From OCS116 cluster bacterium AG-390-A19 (GTDB taxonomy: Bacteria; Pseudomonadota; Alphaproteobacteria; MED-G09), in assembly GCA_003278145.1 (NCBI GenBank), contig QCGV01000005.1, forward strand, positions 645 to 64,644: a stretch of 64,000 nt of DNA, in the 5' to 3' direction. A program made the translations under genes and the position numbers. Positions 41,254 through 48,129 of the stretch are shown here, in pieces. The first letter of the stretch is position 1; every line of letters begins with the position of its first letter. Below the pieces are notes generated by a model. That model saw nothing but the letters and a program-made list of their open reading frames with translations, searched no databases and had not been told where the DNA came from.

Positions 41254-41343
41254 TGGCGGAGAGAGTGGGATTCGAACCCACGATACGATTGCTCGTATAC
41301 TCCCTTAGCAGGGGAGCGCCTTCGACCACTCGGCCACCTCTCC
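41254..41343 (-). tRNA. tRNA-Ser (anticodon GCU), CCA encoded
   Basis: The hand-folded reverse complement reads GGAGAGG-TG-GCCGAGTGGTCGAAGGCG-CTCCC-CTGCTAA-GGGAG. A long variable arm follows (ATACGA-GCAA-TCGTAT), then T arm GTGGG-TTCGAAT-CCCAC and acceptor 3' TCTCTCC-G-CCA. It is a GC-rich island in AT-rich DNA. Confidence 0.95.
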
Positions 41344-41427
41344 AAATAATATCGACAAAATGCCAATTTTACATCACTGTGTAAAGTAATTAGTGTATAA
41401 TTACGAAAATTAAGGAATGATTTAAAA

Positions 41428-41793
41428 ATGAGTAAAGATTTAACTGATGAACAAAAGAACATACTTTATAATTCTGGAACAGAAATGCCCGGAACTAGTG
41501 ATCTACTTTATGAAAAAAGACCTGGGACATATGTGACTGCTGATAAGGGTTTACCTGTTTTTAGATCCGAAACAAAATTTGAGTCAGGAAGTGGATGGCC
41601 AAGTTTTTATGACGTCATTGAGGAAAATATTATTCTTAAAAAAGATACATCCCATGGAATGATAAGGGAAGAAATTCTATCAAAAGAAGGTGAGCATTTA
41701 GGTCATGTTTTTACAGATGGACCAAAACCAACTGGTTTGAGGTATTGTATAAATGGTTTAGCCTTAAAATTTATTCCTGACGAAAACAATTAA
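41428..41793 (+). CDS. msrB: peptide-methionine (R)-S-oxide reductase MsrB (zinc-less form)
   Basis: 121 aa, 'GSGWPSF', 'HLGHVFTDGP', catalytic 'RYCIN'. Both CxxC zinc pairs are absent ('YVTADKG', 'ILSKEGE'). Confidence 0.92.
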   Translation: MSKDLTDEQKNILYNSGTEMPGTSDLLYEKRPGTYVTADKGLPVFRSETKFESGSGWPSFYDVIEENIILKKDTSHGMIREEILSKEGEHLGHVFTDGPKPTGLRYCINGLALKFIPDENN

Positions 41794-42464
41794 TCATAAT
41801 TTACATTCAGTATATAACTACATGCAAATGGGCATAAAGCTATTGATAAACCACTAAGGCCCGTCAGTATTGATACTTGTCTCAAAAATAAATCCTCAAA
41901 TCCAATATACATTAGGGATGAAATTGCTCCTGATCCAAAAATTAATATTGGTATAAAAAGTGGAAAAATTATTAGAGGAATAAGTAAGTTATGTTGCTTT
42001 AGAGATAAAGTCAGAGAAGAACCTAAAATACCAATAAAACTCAAAGAAGGAGTTCCTAGAATAAGAGAAAAAACTAGATAAACAAGAAGGTTGGGAGGAA
42101 AATCTAAGAATATGCTTAAAATTGGTGTAACAATAATTAAGGGTAAAAAATTAGAAATCCAATGAACAAATGCCTTTATAAAACATATCTCTACAATAGA
42201 TAAGTGGCTTATTTTATATAAATCAAGTGTTCCATCGTTAAAGTCCTCGTAAAAAATATTATTTAGAGAAAGTAAAGATGTTAATATAATTGAAACCCAT
42301 ATTAAACCAGGGGCTATAGATGATATAAAGCCTTTATTTGGCCCTACTCCTATAGGTAATAAAATTATAGAAATTGAAAAAAATGCTAATGATAAAATAT
42401 AACTTCCCTTAAGGTTAAAAGAGCCCTTTATTTCTTTATAAAATAATAATTTTAAATTTTTCAT
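41790..42464 (-). CDS. ccmB: heme exporter protein CcmB
   Basis: 224 aa, six TM segments, directly after ccmA. Confidence 0.85.
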   Translation of the reverse strand: MKNLKLLFYKEIKGSFNLKGSYILSLAFFSISIILLPIGVGPNKGFISSIAPGLIWVSIILTSLLSLNNIFYEDFNDGTLDLYKISHLSIVEICFIKAFVHWISNFLPLIIVTPILSIFLDFPPNLLVYLVFSLILGTPSLSFIGILGSSLTLSLKQHNLLIPLIIFPLFIPILIFGSGAISSLMYIGFEDLFLRQVSILTGLSGLSIALCPFACSYILNVNYD

Positions 42465-42465
42465 T

Positions 42466-43053
42466 CTATTTATCCATATTTATATGAAAATCATATTTTT
42501 TTAAAAAATCATTATGTGACGATATTACTGTTATTCCTCCAAATTTATTATGTTCATCAATTAACTCTTTTAAAAGAGAAATACCCTCTTTATCTAAGGA
42601 TGATAATGGCTCATCAAGCAGCCAAATTGATTTTTTTGAAACCAATAATCGAGAAATTGCCAGTCTTTGTTTCTGACCCTGAGACAAATATTTACATTTT
42701 AGAGATTTATAATTTTTTAAACCAACTCTTTCAAGGACATTTTCGAAATTTTTATAATCATAAATTGAAGACCAAAAAAGTAAATCCTCATAGGGTGTAA
42801 CTTCTTCCTTGATACCCAATCTATGACCAAGAATATAGAAATTATCGTCGAGTGAATTCATATTATTATATTCTATTGAACCATAGCTAATTGGTATCAG
42901 ACCAGCTAAAACTCTTAGAAGAGTTGTTTTTCCGGATCCATTTGAACCTGAAAGCAAACATACATCCCCCTCTTTTAAATTGAAAGATATGTCACTGAAA
43001 ATTTTATTACCAGTTCTATAACAAGCTAAATTTGATACATTTAATTCTTTCAT
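42466..43053 (-). CDS. ccmA: heme ABC exporter ATP-binding protein CcmA
   Basis: 195 aa, Walker A 'GSNGSGKTT', signature 'LSQGQKQR', Walker B 'IWLLDEP'. Confidence 0.88.
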   Translation of the reverse strand: MKELNVSNLACYRTGNKIFSDISFNLKEGDVCLLSGSNGSGKTTLLRVLAGLIPISYGSIEYNNMNSLDDNFYILGHRLGIKEEVTPYEDLLFWSSIYDYKNFENVLERVGLKNYKSLKCKYLSQGQKQRLAISRLLVSKKSIWLLDEPLSSLDKEGISLLKELIDEHNKFGGITVISSHNDFLKKYDFHINMDK

Positions 43054-43054
43054 A

Positions 43055-45349
43055 TCAGTTGCCAGTGTGCTTTTTTTGATATTTAAAAATTATAAATAAA
43101 CCCATTATTATAAATACAAAAGGAGCTATCCATAAAAGTAATGTATTATTTTTAAAGGGTGGTTTCATTATTATATAATCTCCATACCTCTCTCTAAAAT
43201 AATTATAGATATTCTCATCAGTTTCATTATTTAAAACTTTTTCTCTTACAATTTCTCTAAGGTCTTTTGCCAAAGGTGAATTTGACTCGTCTATAGTTTG
43301 AGACTCACAAACCAAACATCTTATATTTTGATTGATAGATTTTATTCGACTTTCAATTAGCTCGCTTTCATAAATACTAATATTATCTGAATAAGAATTT
43401 ATTGGGTAAGAAAATAAAAAAATAAATAAAAAAACCAGGTATCTAAAGTTTGGTTTGAATATAATTTTATCCAATAAAGATAATAATCCTCCTAAAGAAG
43501 CAATTAATGCACCAATCCAAATAAGAGAAACCAATGGTTTAAACCAAATCCTTACCATCCACTCATCCGAATTAATTTTTTCTCCCAAAATTATATAAAC
43601 ATGCGAAAAATATTTTGAATAAATTCCAGCTTCAGTTGTCATTGATTTTTCTACTGGGTAAAACCTTTTTTCTGCACTTAACTTTATAATTCTTCCAGCA
43701 CCTTCCAAAGAAAAGTTCCCAGTAGAATTTATATAGTTTGGCCCATTTCCATCTTCAACGCTTAAAAATCTAACTTTATAATCTCCTATTTTTAAATTTT
43801 CATTTAGTGACATAGGACCTTCATATTGTTTTTGAGACGATATGGAGATAGAGCAGCCAAGAATTAAAATTCCTAGTCCTGAGTGACCAAAAAAAGAGGA
43901 AAGGCTTATTTTTTTTCTTCTATTAATAAGCCCATAAACAGAGCTCAAAAGAATCCAAAATGATACGAAAACACCTATATTTGAGAAAATATTTTGAACA
44001 TCGAAATAAATATAAAAAATCAAAGTAAGAAATAATGATAATAAGAATAATATTAGAATTTTCGCATATTTAAAATTAGTTTTAAGTTTTCCCCAAGGAA
44101 GAAATATCGCTATTGATGCTAAAATTGAAAATAAAAAAATTATTGGTATTACTGTAATTGTGTAAAAAGGAGGTCCTACTGATATTCTATCACCAGAAAA
44201 TATTTCAAGTATCATTGGATATATTGTTCCAATGAAGATAGTCAAAGCTGAAACAATTAATAGCAAATTATTAATAATCAGAAAAAAATCTTTACTAAGA
44301 AGATTATATTTTACCAACTGATCAGTTTTGATGGGTTTAATTGCAAAAACAAATAAACTTCCGATTATATATATGGCAATTAGAGATAAAATAAATAGTC
44401 CTCTATCAGGATCATTTGCAAAGGCGTGAACTGAAGTTAGCAATCCTGATCTAACAATAAATGTTCCAACCATAGATAATGCAAATCCCAAAATTGATAA
44501 TAATATGCACCAATTTACTAATATACCTCTTTTTTCCATCACTATAATTGAGTGCATTAAAGCTGTTGCAACTATCCATGGAATAAGAGAGGCATTTTCT
44601 ACAGGATCCCAAAACCAAAAACCGCCCCAACCTAACTCATAGTATGCCCAATAAGAGCCTAAAGTGATACCTATTGAAAGAAAAATCCAAGATACAATAA
44701 CCCATGGTTTTGTTTTTGTTGCCCAATCTTTATCAAAACTCTCATTAAAAAGCCCTGCTAATGCAAAAGACCAAACAATTGATAGGCCAACATATCCAAG
44801 ATATAAAAAAGGTGGATGAAATGCTAATCCAGGATCTTGTAATAGAGGGTTTAAACCAATACCCTCCTCTGGAATTGGAAATAATTTTTCAAATGGGTTT
44901 GATTTAAATTTTAAAAAAACAATAAAACCAAAACATAAAATGCCCTGAAACATTAATATTTTAGTTTTAAAATCTGATGATATTCTCTGAAAATTTAAGG
45001 TTACAAAAAAACCATATAAAGACATGACCCAGCACCATAAGAGCATCGATCCTTCATGATTACCCCAAGAGCCAGATATTTTATAAATTAATGGTTTTGA
45101 TGTATGAGAATTTGACCAAACATTTAATAATGAAAAATCTGATTTTACATAAGCCAATATTAAAATCATGAGAGAAATACTTAAAAATACAAAACAAGTA
45201 GTTGAAATAGATGAAATTAAATAATTAAGAGTTTTTTTATCAATTTTTTTTCCAAACAATGGAATAAAAAACTGTAATGATGATAAAATTCCTACAAATA
45301 AAATACTAAAATTAGCAAAATTAGTCATATCTGTACGACCCCATCTCAA
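43055..45349 (-). CDS. ccmF: cytochrome c heme lyase CcmF fused to a CcmH-like thiol-oxidoreductase module
   Basis: 764-aa single ORF. The CcmF WWD motif is 'GWGGFWFWDPVENASLIPW'. The last ~131 aa (about 43058..43450) carry a hydrophobic anchor, 'IRCLVCESQTIDESNSPLAKDLR' (CcmH RCxxC) and a terminal TM segment. The likely true start is Met 45328 ('MTNFANF'). Confidence 0.88.
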   Translation of the reverse strand: MRWGRTDMTNFANFSILFVGILSSLQFFIPLFGKKIDKKTLNYLISSISTTCFVFLSISLMILILAYVKSDFSLLNVWSNSHTSKPLIYKISGSWGNHEGSMLLWCWVMSLYGFFVTLNFQRISSDFKTKILMFQGILCFGFIVFLKFKSNPFEKLFPIPEEGIGLNPLLQDPGLAFHPPFLYLGYVGLSIVWSFALAGLFNESFDKDWATKTKPWVIVSWIFLSIGITLGSYWAYYELGWGGFWFWDPVENASLIPWIVATALMHSIIVMEKRGILVNWCILLSILGFALSMVGTFIVRSGLLTSVHAFANDPDRGLFILSLIAIYIIGSLFVFAIKPIKTDQLVKYNLLSKDFFLIINNLLLIVSALTIFIGTIYPMILEIFSGDRISVGPPFYTITVIPIIFLFSILASIAIFLPWGKLKTNFKYAKILILFLLSLFLTLIFYIYFDVQNIFSNIGVFVSFWILLSSVYGLINRRKKISLSSFFGHSGLGILILGCSISISSQKQYEGPMSLNENLKIGDYKVRFLSVEDGNGPNYINSTGNFSLEGAGRIIKLSAEKRFYPVEKSMTTEAGIYSKYFSHVYIILGEKINSDEWMVRIWFKPLVSLIWIGALIASLGGLLSLLDKIIFKPNFRYLVFLFIFLFSYPINSYSDNISIYESELIESRIKSINQNIRCLVCESQTIDESNSPLAKDLREIVREKVLNNETDENIYNYFRERYGDYIIMKPPFKNNTLLLWIAPFVFIIMGLFIIFKYQKKHTGN

Positions 45350-45812
45350 GAGACTCCGCTACCTCTGGTGGCATATAGTTTTCATCATGCTTCGCTAAAA
45401 CTGCTTGAGCTTCAAAATAAACCTTATTTTTTTGTGGAAAGTATTCATTTAGATGTTTTAAAGAATTTTTATTAAGTCTCAAAAACCCTTCAGCTATTAC
45501 ACCCTGACCCTCTTCAAAAAGGTCGGGAAGTATACCTTTATAAGTAACGAAAATTTCTTTATTATTGTCAGTAATTATAAAAAATACCTGTCTATTACTA
45601 TCTCTACTAAAACTATCTTCTAAAACCAAACCTCCCAATCTTATAAGAGATCCCTCAACAATTTCATTCTTAGAAACTTTTTCTAGCACCTCAGATGGAG
45701 AATAAAAAAAGATAACATTATCTCTTAATGCATAGGTTATTAGAAAAATTGAAATGGATACAATTAGTAATAAAGAAATTATTCTATAAACTTTTTTTCT
45801 TCTTTTAATCAT
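45321..45812 (-). CDS. ccmE: cytochrome c-type biogenesis heme chaperone CcmE
   Basis: 163 aa, N-terminal TM segment, heme-binding His in 'VLAKHDENYMPPEV'. Confidence 0.93.
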   Translation of the reverse strand: MIKRRKKVYRIISLLLIVSISIFLITYALRDNVIFFYSPSEVLEKVSKNEIVEGSLIRLGGLVLEDSFSRDSNRQVFFIITDNNKEIFVTYKGILPDLFEEGQGVIAEGFLRLNKNSLKHLNEYFPQKNKVYFEAQAVLAKHDENYMPPEVAESLEMGSYRYD

Positions 45813-45939
45813 TTTTATTAATTTCTTTAAGCCTTTTTTTTGAGTCTAAAAGGAATAGTTTTGACAAAAAAATAAGAAATATTAGGCTTATGAAGCAAAA
45901 ACAATAGGCCGCCAAAATATAAAATGAGTAGTCCTTCAT
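45805..45939 (-). CDS. ccmD: heme exporter protein CcmD (44 aa; not in the supplied ORF track)
   Basis: Hand translation gives MKDYSFYILAAYCFCFISLIFLIFLSKLFLLDSKKRLKEINKND*. It has a single TM segment plus a basic tail. It fills the ccmC-ccmE gap exactly, sharing 1 nt with the ccmC stop and overlapping the ccmE start by 8 nt. Confidence 0.8.
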   Translation of the reverse strand: MKDYSFYILAAYCFCFISLIFLIFLSKLFLLDSKKRLKEINKND

Positions 45940-46664
45940 TAGCTTTCCTTGTAAAACTTCATGTTATTAATATTAATCTTCCTTATATTTAATTCTGCTT
46001 GAAATCTTAAAATTAAAATATACAAAAAAAGAAACAAAAATGACAAAAACATAACAATTAGAGGAACTAACATGTCAATATGAATTGATGGAGAGCTAAG
46101 TTTTGATATGCTAGCGGGTTGATGAAGAGTATTCCAATAGTCTACTGAGAATTTTATAATTGGTAAATTCACTATGCCAATTATAGACAATATTGAAGAA
46201 AATTTTTCTCCTTTTATAAAATCTGTAAATGACTTTGAGAAAACAATATATCCAATATAAAAAAAGAAAAGGACTAAGACAGATGTTAATCTTGCATCCC
46301 AGACCCACCATGTTCCCCACATTGGTTTTCCCCAAATAGAGCCAGTAACTAAACATATTGACGTAAAAGTTAATCCGATTGGTGCTGATGCTCTTGCTAA
46401 GCAGAATGCTGTAACATGCCCATATACCAAGCCAAAGAAGCTATTTATAGCTAAAAAAGAATAAATTAACATGCTTAACCAAGCTGAAGGTGCATGAATA
46501 TATAAAATTCTCACAGCATTACCTTGCTGATAGTCTATTGGAGAATTAAAAAAAGATAGCCAAAGACCAAATAATAGAAGGATAAATGAAAAAAATGCAA
46601 ACCATGGGGACAAAAAAATGGAAATTTTATTTAATTGTCCAGGGATTATAAAAATGTTCTTCAT
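45939..46664 (-). CDS. ccmC: heme exporter/heme lyase component CcmC
   Basis: 241 aa with Trp-rich motif 'WGKPMWGTWWVWDARLTS'. Confidence 0.93.
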   Translation of the reverse strand: MKNIFIIPGQLNKISIFLSPWFAFFSFILLLFGLWLSFFNSPIDYQQGNAVRILYIHAPSAWLSMLIYSFLAINSFFGLVYGHVTAFCLARASAPIGLTFTSICLVTGSIWGKPMWGTWWVWDARLTSVLVLFFFYIGYIVFSKSFTDFIKGEKFSSILSIIGIVNLPIIKFSVDYWNTLHQPASISKLSSPSIHIDMLVPLIVMFLSFLFLFLYILILRFQAELNIRKININNMKFYKES

Positions 46665-46729
46665 ATTCTTTATATTTCTAAAAAAATTTAATTTTTACTT
46701 AACTATTATCAATATTAATATAAATGTTT

Positions 46730-46767
46730 ATATCGTATTTGTATTAAATAATTATAAAATATCGTAT
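46730..46767 (+). repeat. two copies of ATATCGTAT, 29 nt apart, upstream of the methylmalonyl-CoA mutase genes
   Basis: Exact 9-mers lie at 46730..46738 and 46759..46767. They are the only CG-containing words in this otherwise A/T spacer. The second ends 9 nt before the mutase ATG, just upstream of AGGT. Confidence 0.4.
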
Positions 46768-46776
46768 AGGTAATTT

Positions 46777-48120
46777 ATGGCTAAAAATATAGAGAAATAT
46801 TTAAATTCTGAGAAGGTAGATATTTTAGAGTGGGAAGAAATTGCTTCTGCTGCTCTCAAAGGTGAAAGTTTAGATAACTTAAACAAAGAAATTGATAAGG
46901 ATATATCAATCAAACCTCTGTATACATCAAGCGATGAGGAAGATGATTATAGTCTCTCTCTAAGAAGAGGCTTAAAAACTGAAATAGATGAGTATATGCC
47001 TTGGTACATATGTTCAACTGTAGATCATCACAAAGATACTAAGATTCTTAATGGAAGAATTTTAGGAGAACTCGAAAGAGGAAGTAACTCTGTAGAGCTA
47101 TCATACTTTGAAACTAATACATTAAGTAAAGTTTTAAATAATGTAGATTTAACTATCGCCCCTTTTTTTATAAGAGACATAAATTATTCTAAAGAAAATT
47201 TATTTAGTTATATCAAATACTTAAGTGAAAATAATAATAAAAATATTATGGGTGGTTATGAAATTGATCCCTTTGCATCAAACCTGTGGTTAGATGAATT
47301 TTTAAAAAATCAGAAAAATGTCGATAAAATTAATCATAATGAAATAAAAATAATTCATGATGAAGTTAATGAAGAATTTAAAAATATAAATATTATTTGT
47401 TATGATGGTAGTTTGTGGAATGAGCTTGGAGCAAATACCTGTGAAGAAATTGAATTAATAGCTCTAAGTTTTCTAGAAATTTATAAAAATTCTAAAAAAG
47501 AGAATGAGTTATTAATCAACATAACCCTATCAGCTGATACTGATTTTTTTAAATCAATATCAAAAATTAGAGCTTCAAGAATAATTTTTAATAATATTTT
47601 TAAACATTATGGCTTGAAATGTAATCTGAATATAACATCAAGAACCTCCAATAATATTTTATTTGAGAAAGACCCTTGGGTAAATCAATTAAGAATAACA
47701 ACTGCTGCTCTAGCATCTGCAATCGGAGGATCAAATAGAATAATTTGCAATAATATTACTCATAAACTTGGTCAGGCACCTGATTTTATTAAAAGGTTAA
47801 CAAGAAATACTCATATAATACTTCAAGAGGAGTCAAGAATATCAAGAGTTCAAGATCCATCAGGTGGTTCTTTTTATATTGAAAAACTTACTAACGATAT
47901 TGCTAGAACTGCATGGAAAAATATAATGGAAAACGAGAGTAATGGGGGAATATTAAACCTTATTAATTCAAAAGATTTTAGAAAAAGCCTAAAAAACTCT
48001 CGTGATGATTATAAAAATAAAATTTTAGAAAAAAAATTAATTAAAGTTGGAGAAAATTCTTACAAAGATCCAGACTCTAATCCAATAAGTGTAAAACCAT
48101 TTGAAAATAATAGTATTTAG
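46777..48120 (+). CDS. mutA: methylmalonyl-CoA mutase small (beta) subunit, short form
   Basis: 447 aa with an N-terminal 'WEEIASAALKGESLDNL...IKPLYT' pattern and 'DPSGGSFYIEKLT'. It lacks a C-terminal B12-binding-like domain. The large subunit follows directly. Confidence 0.82.
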   Translation: MAKNIEKYLNSEKVDILEWEEIASAALKGESLDNLNKEIDKDISIKPLYTSSDEEDDYSLSLRRGLKTEIDEYMPWYICSTVDHHKDTKILNGRILGELERGSNSVELSYFETNTLSKVLNNVDLTIAPFFIRDINYSKENLFSYIKYLSENNNKNIMGGYEIDPFASNLWLDEFLKNQKNVDKINHNEIKIIHDEVNEEFKNINIICYDGSLWNELGANTCEEIELIALSFLEIYKNSKKENELLINITLSADTDFFKSISKIRASRIIFNNIFKHYGLKCNLNITSRTSNNILFEKDPWVNQLRITTAALASAIGGSNRIICNNITHKLGQAPDFIKRLTRNTHIILQEESRISRVQDPSGGSFYIEKLTNDIARTAWKNIMENESNGGILNLINSKDFRKSLKNSRDDYKNKILEKKLIKVGENSYKDPDSNPISVKPFENNSI

Positions 48121-48129
48121 GAAAGCTCT

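Noticed and set aside
38641-41343. A tRNA-Ser-associated genomic island or integrative element.
   Set aside because: There is no integrase, no phage or transposon genes, and no partial direct repeat of the tRNA 3' end in the dapA-proximal spacer (38641..38805 is pure AT-rich DNA). It is kept only as a candidate flexible locus, not as a mobile element.
41169-41462. 97-aa minus-strand ORF spanning the amidohydrolase start, the tRNA and the msrB start.
   Set aside because: It reads straight through the tRNA-Ser gene (its 'WPSGRRRSPAKG' stretch is the tRNA in translation) and overlaps two well-supported genes.
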